Assembly (NCBI RefSeq): GCF_030651755.1
Contig: NZ_JAUSBZ010000144.1
Span: forward strand, 24,907 to 88,906
Source: Phenylobacterium sp.
Lineage (GTDB): Bacteria > Pseudomonadota > Alphaproteobacteria > Caulobacterales > Caulobacteraceae
Length of the DNA: 64,000 bases
Direction of reading: 5' to 3'
The notes under the pieces are model-generated. The model saw only the letters and a program-made list of their open reading frames with translations. It ran no database searches and was not told the origin of the DNA. Shown in pieces: positions 9,767 to 18,253 of the stretch; the first letter of the stretch is position 1, and every line of letters begins with the position of its first letter. The position numbers were made by a program, and so were the translations under genes.

Positions 9767-10213
9767 TTAGACCGGAGAGCCCGAAAGACGTCGCCGGTCG
9801 CTGGCCGCGACCAGGGCCCGCCAGACCTCAGACTCCAGGGCCTTGGCGGCGGGATCGTCCCTGCGCTCCAGCTCGGCGTGCAGGGCGATCAGGGCCACCT
9901 TCAGCTCGCCATTGGCGCTTTGCAGCGCGCTGAGCCGCAGGCTTTCGTCCCGTCCCTCGGCGAGGGCGTGCAGCCAGCGGCGGCGGGAATCCTCATCCCA
10001 GACCTTGGCCCCCGCCCCCAGGAGGGCCCGGAGGTCAGCGTTTTCACGGGCCAGGATCTCGGCCGCCCCGTCCCACATCTCGGCGGCTAGACCCAGCAGG
10101 AGCGCCGAGAGACCAAGCTCCCCGGCCCGTTCGGCGGCCGGGATATTGGGCGCGGCGTTGCGGGCCACGCGGCCGGCCAGATCGGCCAGCACCTGGGAGA
10201 CGGCAGGGGTCAT
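9767..10213 (-). CDS. hypothetical helical protein (148 aa)
   Basis: I trimmed the 201-aa track ORF to the ATG at 10213, which overlaps the kinase TGA (ATGA coupling). The protein is Ala/Leu/Arg-rich and helical, with no motif I recognise. Confidence 0.55.
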   Translation of the reverse strand: MTPAVSQVLADLAGRVARNAAPNIPAAERAGELGLSALLLGLAAEMWDGAAEILARENADLRALLGAGAKVWDEDSRRRWLHALAEGRDESLRLSALQSANGELKVALIALHAELERRDDPAAKALESEVWRALVAASDRRRLSGSPV

Positions 10214-11238
10214 AGGTGTCCCATCACTTTCAGCGCGGCCCGGTCCTGGGCGTCGATCAGCGCCCAGGCCGGATAGACCAGGATCGGATCGCGATTGGCC
10301 CCGTCCAGCCAGGTCTTGGCGCTGGACACCCAGATGGCCTGGCCCTTCACGCAGGCGAACAGCTCCCACCATTTCAGGGCTTCCGGCGCGGCGGTGAGGC
10401 CGCTGGCGGCCTCCCAGGCGGCGATCGCCTCATCCCGGGGCAGGAGCCCGCCGGGATGCCCGCGACCGAAGGACCAGACGGGATTGAAGCTCCAGCCCAG
10501 GTCCTCCAGCGGGTCGCCCAGATGGCACATTTCCCAGTCGAGGACGCCGTGGATCTGGCCTTCGGTGTCATAGAGGAAGTTGCCGGTGCGGTAGTCGCCA
10601 TGCACCACCGCCACCTTCTGGGCCGGCGGCGGCGGGTTGGCCCGCAGCCAGCGAACGGCCGCCCGGATCACCGGCAGGGGCTCGGTCTCGTCGGCGTCCA
10701 GCACCCCTTCCCAATGGTCGAGTTCGCGAAGCCAGACGCTGTCGGCCTGGGTGGCGGGCAGAACCGCCGCCAGGCCGAGCGCTGCGGGATCGGCCCGGGC
10801 GATCTGGCCCAGGATCGTCCACTTGCGCCGCCCCAGCGCCGGCAGGCTGTCCAGATAGGGCGTCGTCCACAGGGGGCCGGTCCCGGCCTGGAAGCCGGCG
10901 ATCTCCTCGGCCACGAAGAAGGGGCTGCCAAGCGCGGTGTCCCCCTCCTCCAGCCAGAGCATTTCGGGCACTGGCACCTCGGTGCCATGGAAGGCGCGAT
11001 AGGCCTCGAACTCCACCCGTCGCTCGGTGTCGATCAGGCTGTCGGCCGGATCGCGTCGCAGGATCAGCCCCCGTCGCCGGGTCTCCCCGCCCTCGGTCCA
11101 GACCAGGGTGAAGCGATAGGTCTGGCGCGAGGCGCCGCCGGTGATGCGGGCGATCTCGGTGACCGCCACGCCCTGCGCCTGCGGCATCCTCGCCGCGGCG
11201 TAGGCGCCCAGGCGCTGGACGAGCTCAGGCTCCTCCAT
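10210..11238 (-). CDS. aminoglycoside-phosphotransferase-fold kinase
   Basis: The ATG at 11238 (MEEPELVQRLG...) sits 2 nt after the P450 stop. It carries the catalytic loop VVHGDYRTGNFL and the DWE...GDPLEDLGW motif typical of APH/choline-kinase-fold enzymes. Confidence 0.8.
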   Translation of the reverse strand: MEEPELVQRLGAYAAARMPQAQGVAVTEIARITGGASRQTYRFTLVWTEGGETRRRGLILRRDPADSLIDTERRVEFEAYRAFHGTEVPVPEMLWLEEGDTALGSPFFVAEEIAGFQAGTGPLWTTPYLDSLPALGRRKWTILGQIARADPAALGLAAVLPATQADSVWLRELDHWEGVLDADETEPLPVIRAAVRWLRANPPPPAQKVAVVHGDYRTGNFLYDTEGQIHGVLDWEMCHLGDPLEDLGWSFNPVWSFGRGHPGGLLPRDEAIAAWEAASGLTAAPEALKWWELFACVKGQAIWVSSAKTWLDGANRDPILVYPAWALIDAQDRAALKVMGHL

Positions 11239-11240
11239 GC

Positions 11241-12515
11241 TCAGCTCATCTTGAAGCGGATGGGCAGGGTCTTGGGCCCGTTGACGAACACCGCCTGGGA
11301 CATCTGCGGTTCGCCGGCCAGTTCCAGGGACTCCAGGCGCGGAATGAGCTCCTCCCAGAGGATCCGCATCTCCATCTTGGCCAGGTGCTGGCCCAGGCAC
11401 AGATGGGCGCCATAGCCGAAGGCCAGATGCTTGTTGGGCTTGCGGTCCACCCGGAAGGCCTGGGGATCGTCGAACACCGCCTCGTCGCGGTTGCCCGAGG
11501 CATAGCAGAGCATCAGCCAGTCCTGGGCCGCCAGGGCCCGGCCGCCGATTTCGGTGGGTTCGGCCACGGTGCGCATGAAGGTCTTCACCGGGGTGGTCCA
11601 GCGGATGGATTCATCCACCAGGCCCGCGATCAGGGACGGATCGGCTTTCAGCTTGGCCAGCTCCCCCGGATTTTCCGCCAGGCCCCAGATCGCGCCGCCG
11701 GTGGAGGAGGATGTGGTGTCGTGGCCGGCGGTGGCGACGATGATGTAGTAGCTCATCGCCTCGAACTCGGAGATCGGCTGGCCATCGATCATGCTGTTGG
11801 CGATCACGCTGGACAGGTCGTCCGTCGGATTGGCCCGACGGTCGGCCGACAGCTTGCGGAAATACTCGAAGAAGTCGGTGATGACGCCCGGGGTCAGCTT
11901 CGCGCCTGGATCGACCTCTTCCTTGCGGGCCAGTTCCGGATCGGCGGCGCCGAACAGCTCCTGGGTCAGCATCAGCATCCGCGGCTCGTCTTCGCGGGGC
12001 ACGCCCATGATCTCCATGACCACCCGAAGGGGATAATGCAGGGCCACTTCGCGGACGAAGTCGCAACTGCCCCCGGTGGCGGCCATCTGCTCCACGGCCG
12101 CCTTGGCCACCCCGCGGATGCGATCCTCCATGGACCGCAGGTTCTGCGGCATGAACCAGGCCTGGGTCAGGGCGCGGTATTTGTGGTGATCGGGCTCGTC
12201 CATGTGGATGAGGGTGCGCAGCAGGTGCGGGCTGCCACCGGTCATCTCGCGGATCTTGGCGTCGGTTTCCTGATTGACGATGGTCGGCGACTTGGCGCCG
12301 TTCAGGAAGAGCGCATTCTGCCGGCTGATCTCCAGGATGTCGGCGTGGCGCGTGGCGACCCAGAAGGGCTCGTAGCCCTCCGGCTCGGCCCGTCCGAACG
12401 CGTTATTGGCCCGCAGCCAGGCATAGGTTTCGTGTATGCGCCCATCGGCATAGGCCTTGGGGTCCACCAGAGTTTGCGCATGTTCTTGCGGTATGCGCAC
12501 GTTTGACTCAGTCAT
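11241..12515 (-). CDS. cytochrome P450
   Basis: 424 aa. Heme-thiolate loop FGYGAHLCLG, I-helix ATAGHDTTSS, an ExxR region, and GGAG 5 nt upstream of the ATG at 12515. Confidence 0.92.
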   Translation of the reverse strand: MTESNVRIPQEHAQTLVDPKAYADGRIHETYAWLRANNAFGRAEPEGYEPFWVATRHADILEISRQNALFLNGAKSPTIVNQETDAKIREMTGGSPHLLRTLIHMDEPDHHKYRALTQAWFMPQNLRSMEDRIRGVAKAAVEQMAATGGSCDFVREVALHYPLRVVMEIMGVPREDEPRMLMLTQELFGAADPELARKEEVDPGAKLTPGVITDFFEYFRKLSADRRANPTDDLSSVIANSMIDGQPISEFEAMSYYIIVATAGHDTTSSSTGGAIWGLAENPGELAKLKADPSLIAGLVDESIRWTTPVKTFMRTVAEPTEIGGRALAAQDWLMLCYASGNRDEAVFDDPQAFRVDRKPNKHLAFGYGAHLCLGQHLAKMEMRILWEELIPRLESLELAGEPQMSQAVFVNGPKTLPIRFKMS

Positions 12516-12608
12516 GATCGCTCCTGCGGGACCCCTTACGCTGCGGAATGCTTACCCAAGGGCAGCAATTTCGTTCCGTAACGTTAGGACGCCGACGCCT
12601 CCCTTGCC

Positions 12609-12625
12609 TTGTTCTACTTGAACAA
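12609..12625. promoter_or_regulatory. 17-bp palindrome in a divergent promoter region (candidate operator)
   Basis: TTGTTC-tactt-GAACAA, with perfect 6-bp arms. It lies in the AT-richer 187-bp gap between the P450 start (12515) and the divergent gene start (12703). Confidence 0.3.
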
Positions 12626-12702
12626 TTGATACTGCCAGCACAGGCGACGTCGCAATACCGACAATCAAACCGCTGTAGAAATTGCGTCCGGAGGAACCGC
12701 CC

Positions 12703-13785
12703 ATGCTGACCAAGGCCGACGACTTTCCCATCCACCAGACGCCGGAGCCGGTGGCCCATGCGGGGACCGACCGGAACTTCTACGACCGCTATTTTTTCAA
12801 CGGCTACAGCCCTGACGGGGCCACCTATTTCGCCATCGCCTTCGGGGTCTATCCGCACCTGAACATCGCCGACGCCCATTTCAGCGTCATCCGCGACGGG
12901 GTGCAGCACTGTGTGCACGCCTCGAAGGTCCTGCATTCCGAACGGCTGGATCTTCAGGTCGGGCCCATCTCCATCACCGTGGTCGAGCCGCTGCAGACCC
13001 TGAAGGTGACGGTGAAGGACGGCGAGGGCCTGGCCGCCGAGATCACCTTCAGCGGCCGCGCCTTCCCCATCGAGGAGCCGCGCTTCACCCGCCGCATCGG
13101 CCCGCGGGCCTTCATGGACTATACCCGCCTGACCCAGAACGTCCGCTGCGCCGGCTGGATCGAGGTGGACGGCTATCGTCAGGACCTGCCGGCGGGAACC
13201 GTGGGCTCCCGCGACCGCTCCTGGGGCATCCGGCCGGTGGGGGCGCCTGATCCCCAGCCGCCGGTCCCCATGACCATGAGCGGCTTTTTCTGGCAGTGGA
13301 CCCCGTTGAACTTCGCCGACCGCAGCGTCTTCTTCCACGTCAACGCCGATCCGGACGGGAGCGCCTGGAACACCCGGGCGGTGATCCTGCCGGACGGGGC
13401 GCCGCAGGGGAGCGGGTTTCACACCTCAGCGGCGCGGATGACGGAGGTGGAACTGGTTCCCGGCACGCGGCACGCCCGGGGCGGGGTGCTGGAAATCCCC
13501 TCTGAGGGGGGGCTCAAAAGGGTGCATTTCGCGCCATTTTTGACCTTTTTGATGCGCGGAATCGGCTATTCCGGCGCCTGGCGACACGGCGCCTACAAGG
13601 GTGAGCTGGTGGTCGAGCGCGAAGACATCGACCTGGCCGCCGCCGACATGGGGGCGCCTGAGCATGTCCACATCCAGGCCCTGTCCCGGGTGACCCTGAT
13701 CGAGCCCGACGGGACCGAGCAGTCGGGCATGGGGGTGTTCGAGCAGCTGATCGCCGGCCCCTACAAGCCCTACGGTCTCGGCTGA
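12703..13785 (+). CDS. conserved hypothetical protein (360 aa)
   Basis: I chose the ATG at 12703, which has GGAGGA 8 nt upstream; the track ORF starts at the TTG at 12682. Clean coding statistics. Motifs noticed are DDFPIHQTPEP, DRSWGIRP and FFWQW. The function is unknown to me. Confidence 0.65.
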   Translation: MLTKADDFPIHQTPEPVAHAGTDRNFYDRYFFNGYSPDGATYFAIAFGVYPHLNIADAHFSVIRDGVQHCVHASKVLHSERLDLQVGPISITVVEPLQTLKVTVKDGEGLAAEITFSGRAFPIEEPRFTRRIGPRAFMDYTRLTQNVRCAGWIEVDGYRQDLPAGTVGSRDRSWGIRPVGAPDPQPPVPMTMSGFFWQWTPLNFADRSVFFHVNADPDGSAWNTRAVILPDGAPQGSGFHTSAARMTEVELVPGTRHARGGVLEIPSEGGLKRVHFAPFLTFLMRGIGYSGAWRHGAYKGELVVEREDIDLAAADMGAPEHVHIQALSRVTLIEPDGTEQSGMGVFEQLIAGPYKPYGLG

Positions 13786-13854
13786 GCCCCGCGGGACTTG
13801 CCAAGCGGCCCCTGGACTGATCGGCTGAGCCTTCATCGCAGAGGGAGGTGATCC

Positions 13855-14793
13855 ATGCGGGGTTTTTTCGCCAAGATGTTCGGGCCACAGGCGGGCGCCA
13901 CGCCGCGGCCGGCGGCGACGGATGCGGCCGGCGTCGAGCGCACCTGGGTCTCCAGCGATGGCCTGAGGCTGTCGGCCCAGGACTATGGCGGCGCAGGGGG
14001 GCCAGCCCGGCTGCCGGTGATCTGCATCCACGGCCTGACCCGCAATGCCCGGGACTTTGAGGATGTAGCGCCGGCGATCGCCGCCACCGGCCGCCGGGTC
14101 CTGGCCCTGGACGTGCGGGGCCGCGGCCGCTCTGCCTATGACCCCAACCCGACCAACTACAACCCGGCCGTCTATGCAGGCGACGTGGCGAGCCTGATGG
14201 GCGAGGCCGGGATCGCCCGGGCCATCTTCCTGGGCACGTCGATGGGGGGGCTGATCACCATGACGCTCTCGACGATGCGGCCAGACCTGATCGCCGGCGC
14301 CATCCTCAACGACATCGGCCCGGAGATCGCCACCGAGGGCCTGACCCGGATCAGCGGCTATGTGGGCTCTGGCGGTCCCGCCGCCAGCTGGACCGAGGCC
14401 GCCGAGCGGACCCGGGCGATCAATGGCTCGGCCCAGCCGCACCTGACCGACGCCGACTGGGACCGGTTCGCCAGGCGCACCTGGCGGGAGGCCGAGCCCG
14501 GCAAGCTGGTGCTCGACTACGACCCGGCCATCGCCCAGGCCTTCGCCGCCGCCCCGGCCGGAACCCCGAGTCCCGACCTCTGGCCCCTGTTCATGGCGCT
14601 GGCCATCAACCGGCCGATGCTGCTGGTGCGTGGCGGGGCGTCGGACCTGCTGGCCGAGGACACGGCCGCGCGCATGCAGTCCCTGGCCCCGCAGCTGCGC
14701 CGGATCGACATCGACGGGGTTGGCCACGCCCCCACCCTGGATGAGCCCGCCGCCCGCAAGGCGATCACCGACTTCCTGGCCGACGCCCCCTGA
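13855..14793 (+). CDS. alpha/beta hydrolase
   Basis: 312 aa. Oxyanion-hole region ICIHGLTRN, nucleophile elbow GTSMGG, and a C-terminal GVGHAP histidine. Confidence 0.85.
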   Translation: MRGFFAKMFGPQAGATPRPAATDAAGVERTWVSSDGLRLSAQDYGGAGGPARLPVICIHGLTRNARDFEDVAPAIAATGRRVLALDVRGRGRSAYDPNPTNYNPAVYAGDVASLMGEAGIARAIFLGTSMGGLITMTLSTMRPDLIAGAILNDIGPEIATEGLTRISGYVGSGGPAASWTEAAERTRAINGSAQPHLTDADWDRFARRTWREAEPGKLVLDYDPAIAQAFAAAPAGTPSPDLWPLFMALAINRPMLLVRGGASDLLAEDTAARMQSLAPQLRRIDIDGVGHAPTLDEPAARKAITDFLADAP

Positions 14794-14905
14794 CCCGAGG
14801 CGATGCAGCTTGCCTTTGGGGCTCTGGCCTTGGCACTATCGTCAGATTGCACCGAAGGGGGCCGCACTTTTCAAGCGCCGGCCCAATTTTTGAGAGATTG
14901 AGACT

Positions 14906-15880
14906 TTGACGATTTTGGCTCAGGCGGCGAACGCCTCGCCGTCGATGGATTCGGATTCCTTCGCCTCGGTGGACGCCCTCGTCCAGGGGCTGGCTGGCGT
15001 CGGCTATATCGCCTCGCGCCGTATCGCCACGGCGCTCTACATGTCGGTCCACCTGCAGAAGCCGATCCTGGTGGAAGGGGTCGCCGGCGTCGGCAAGACG
15101 GAACTGGCGCTGTCGACCGCCACCCTGCTCGGCCTGCCGCTGATCCGCATGCAGTGCTATGAGGGCCTGGACGAGTCCAAGGCCCTGTACGAGTGGAAGT
15201 ACGGCAAGCAGCTCCTCTACACCCAGATCCTCAAGGACCGCATGGGGGCCGAACTGGCGGATGCGGCCGGCATGGACGAGGCCATGGAGCGCCTGCACGG
15301 CATGGGCGACATGTTCTTCTCCGAGCCCTTCCTGGAGCCCCGGCCCCTGATGAAGGCCCTGCGGGAAGACGATGGCTGCGTCCTGCTGATCGACGAGATC
15401 GACAAGTCCGACGAGGCCTTCGAGGCCTTCCTGCTGGAGGTGCTGTCGGCCTATCAGGCCTCGGTGCCTGAGCTCGGCGTCATCAAGGCCAAGACCCCGC
15501 CCATCGTCTTCCTGACCTCCAACAATGTGCGCGACCTGGGCGACGCGCTGAAGCGCCGCTGTCTGCACCTGCACATCCCCCTGCCCGAGGCCAGCCTGGA
15601 GCGCCGCATCGTCGCCAGCCGGGTGCCGAATATCGAAGAACGCCTGACCCACCAGCTGGTCGGCTTCGTCCAGGCCCTGCGGCAGATGGACCTGCGCAAA
15701 TCGCCCTCGATCTCCGAGACGGTGGACTGGGCCCGGGCGCTGATCCTGATGCACGCCGACAGCCTGGACGCGGCCATGGTGCGCGACACCCTGAACGTGA
15801 TCCTGAAATACGAGCAGGATATTCAGATGGTCGAGCCGCAGGTGAGCGAACTGCTGCGGACGGCCCAGACGACACCGTAG
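14906..15880 (+). CDS. MoxR/CoxD-like AAA+ ATPase
   Basis: 324 aa. Walker A GVAGVGKT, Walker B LLIDEIDK, and a sensor region. The track start is TTG at 14906; ATG at 14945 is an alternative. Confidence 0.85.
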   Translation: MTILAQAANASPSMDSDSFASVDALVQGLAGVGYIASRRIATALYMSVHLQKPILVEGVAGVGKTELALSTATLLGLPLIRMQCYEGLDESKALYEWKYGKQLLYTQILKDRMGAELADAAGMDEAMERLHGMGDMFFSEPFLEPRPLMKALREDDGCVLLIDEIDKSDEAFEAFLLEVLSAYQASVPELGVIKAKTPPIVFLTSNNVRDLGDALKRRCLHLHIPLPEASLERRIVASRVPNIEERLTHQLVGFVQALRQMDLRKSPSISETVDWARALILMHADSLDAAMVRDTLNVILKYEQDIQMVEPQVSELLRTAQTTP

Positions 15881-15890
15881 GCGCCGCGCC

Positions 15891-17273
15891 ATGCAGCACC
15901 AGATGGAGGACTTCATCCGCGCCCTTCGGGCCGCCGATGTGAAGGTCTCGCCGGCTGAGTCCATCGACGCCCACGAGGCCGTGGCCCGCATCGGCTACGC
16001 CGATCGCGAGCTGCTGAAGGACGCGCTGTGCGCGACGCTCGCCAAGAGCGAGGACGAGGTGGCCCGGTTCGACCGAGCCTTCGACAACTTCTTCGCCCGC
16101 GATCCCTTCGACTTCGCCACACCGCCCCCGCCGCCGGAGGGGGGCGAGGCCCCGCCGCCCGAGGCGAGGCTGGAAGACGTGTCCGAAGAGGCCGCAGGCT
16201 CAGAACTCGCCCAGATCATTCTGGCGGGCGATTCCACCGCGCTCAGCCAGGCCATGGAACGCGCCGCCCAGGCCGCCCAGGTCTCGGAGATCAGGCTTTC
16301 CACCCAGAAGAGCCGCCTGACGAGGCGGCTGCTGGACGAGATGGGCGTGGCCGAGATCGAGAAGATCATCAGCCAGGCCCGCAGGCTGGAAGGCGAAGGC
16401 GGAAACGCCCTGGCCGACCGGCTGGAGGCCGGCCGCAAGATCGTGGCGGCCGAAGCCCAGCGCTATGTCCAGCGCCAGCATGACCTCTATGCGTCGGAGA
16501 GCGGCCGCCAGCTGCGCGAGGAGCTGTTGGCCCGAAAGGCGCTGAACGCCGAGGGCGGCATCGATCCCGTCGACCTGCAGGTGATGCAGGCCCTGGTGCG
16601 CAAGATGGCCAAGCGCCTGGCCGACCGTTACTCGCGTCGCCGCAACCGGGCCCGCAGGGGTCACCTGGACGTGCGCCGGACCCTGCGCCAGTCGATGGCC
16701 TATGGCGGGGTGCCGTTCAATGTCGTCTGGAAGACCGAGCGGGTCGACAAACCCAAGATCATCGCCATCTGCGACGTCTCCAAGTCGGTGGCTGCGGCCG
16801 CCCAGTTCCTGCTGACCTTCCTCTACAGCCTCAATGAGGTGGTCGACCGGATGGACGCCTACGCCTTTTCCGGCCGCATGATCCCGGTGAACCAGATCCT
16901 GGACGAGCACGGGGTGGACAAGGCGATCCTGGAGGTCCTGAAGCTGATCGGCTTCCAGCAGACCGACTATGGCCGCGCCCTGCAGGACTTCGCCGAGAAC
17001 CATCTCGACAAGCTCGACCGCCACACCACGGTGATCTTCTTAGGCGACGCCCGGTCCAACTATGCCGATCCGCGCCTGGACATCATGCGCACCATCCACG
17101 AGCGGTCCCGTTCGGTGATCTGGCTGAACCCGGAGCCGGAGAGCTACTGGAACCAGGGCGACAGCGTCATGAACCGCTACCTGCCCTTCTGCCACCTGGC
17201 CAAGACCTGCAACACGCTCGACCAGCTCGAACGCATCATCGAAGACGTCCTGCGCCAGTACGTCCCGCACTGA
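15891..17273 (+). CDS. VWA-domain (CoxE-like) protein
   Basis: 460 aa with a C-terminal VWA domain carrying a MIDAS motif DxSxS (CDVSKS) and FLGDARSN. It starts 10 nt after the MoxR-like gene, the canonical MoxR-VWA pairing. Confidence 0.8.
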   Translation: MQHQMEDFIRALRAADVKVSPAESIDAHEAVARIGYADRELLKDALCATLAKSEDEVARFDRAFDNFFARDPFDFATPPPPPEGGEAPPPEARLEDVSEEAAGSELAQIILAGDSTALSQAMERAAQAAQVSEIRLSTQKSRLTRRLLDEMGVAEIEKIISQARRLEGEGGNALADRLEAGRKIVAAEAQRYVQRQHDLYASESGRQLREELLARKALNAEGGIDPVDLQVMQALVRKMAKRLADRYSRRRNRARRGHLDVRRTLRQSMAYGGVPFNVVWKTERVDKPKIIAICDVSKSVAAAAQFLLTFLYSLNEVVDRMDAYAFSGRMIPVNQILDEHGVDKAILEVLKLIGFQQTDYGRALQDFAENHLDKLDRHTTVIFLGDARSNYADPRLDIMRTIHERSRSVIWLNPEPESYWNQGDSVMNRYLPFCHLAKTCNTLDQLERIIEDVLRQYVPH

Positions 17274-17280
17274 GGGGTGG

Positions 17281-18207
17281 TCAGTCCCGGCGCGGCCAGC
17301 GGTGGGAAATGTAGATCCGGCTGTCGGTGAACCCGCCGCGGAGATAGGCGTCGGCCACGGCGATCTCTTCCCGCGCCTTAGCGATCGCCGCACCGATCCG
17401 GTCGGTAGACGGTGAGGGATAGCTGGTCGCCTCGCCCAGGCGCTTCCAGCTGAACCTCTGCCAGAAAGAAAGCTTGACCCGCGGCGGCCCGACACCGCCC
17501 GATACGCCGGACGCCTCGCCATCGTTGACCTCCTGGCTCCGAAAGCGGACGTTGATGTAGGTCTCTACGCCGCTGCTGTAGCCGAACCAGATCGACTGCT
17601 GTCGGCCATGGAGTTCGCGGGTGATGACGCCGGCCTCGGCCATGGCCGGCCGGGGCGGAAATGACCAGCCGAGATCCTGCAACAGGGGCAGCAATTCCGC
17701 CCGCATGGCTTCGCGTAGGGAGGTCTCAGGCGGCGTCGTGCGGGACGTGGCTCGCCGCGCCAGCCTGATCCATTCGAGACCGTCCGTCTCCCCCGCACGA
17801 TAACCACACAGGCTTTCAGCCAAGACGAGGGGCGCCTCGTATTCATCCGCGTCTGGCGGAATGGGGGGCAGCTCGCCCATCGACATCGGTTCGCCTGCGT
17901 CCTCCGCGGAAGCTAGCAACCACTGAAGCTGGCCATCCCGATACGCCTTCGCCCGGGTGAAGCTCGCGGTATCGATGATCTCGGCCCCCAGGGCCTCCCC
18001 ACACGCCCCAGAAACGCGGGGAAGTTCGGCCAGCAGATCGTCAGAGGCGCTTCCAACCAGGACAAGCCAGCCGGACGGCAGGTCAGCCATCACCAGCCCC
18101 ACGCCGACCTCCTGGCTCACCTCGCCCGCGACCTCCAGCCTCAGACACTCCAGCAGCGCCTGCCGCCGCTCCGCCTTCACCGCCACCCAGCTAAGCTTAA
18201 GGCCCAT
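17281..18207 (-). CDS. hypothetical two-domain protein, candidate immunity partner of the upstream toxin-like gene
   Basis: I trimmed the 359-aa track ORF, whose first 35 codons overlap the upstream gene. ATG at 18207 has GGGGAAAAGGGGG ending 6 nt upstream; ATG at 18234 is an alternative. The C-terminal half (LLPLLQDLGWSF...SIWFGYSS...YINVRF) reminds me of DUF4304-type immunity-associated domains. That comparison is from memory only. Confidence 0.5.
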   Translation of the reverse strand: MGLKLSWVAVKAERRQALLECLRLEVAGEVSQEVGVGLVMADLPSGWLVLVGSASDDLLAELPRVSGACGEALGAEIIDTASFTRAKAYRDGQLQWLLASAEDAGEPMSMGELPPIPPDADEYEAPLVLAESLCGYRAGETDGLEWIRLARRATSRTTPPETSLREAMRAELLPLLQDLGWSFPPRPAMAEAGVITRELHGRQQSIWFGYSSGVETYINVRFRSQEVNDGEASGVSGGVGPPRVKLSFWQRFSWKRLGEATSYPSPSTDRIGAAIAKAREEIAVADAYLRGGFTDSRIYISHRWPRRD

Positions 18208-18253
18208 CGGTCGCCCCCTTTTCCCCAGGAACATGGTTTGCCGTCTACGGCTA

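Noticed and set aside
14831-14850. TGGCAC ... TTGC upstream of the MoxR-like gene (possible sigma-54 promoter)
   Set aside because: The GG and GC dinucleotides are 17 nt apart instead of the invariant spacing of the -24/-12 elements (TGGCAC-N5-TTGC).
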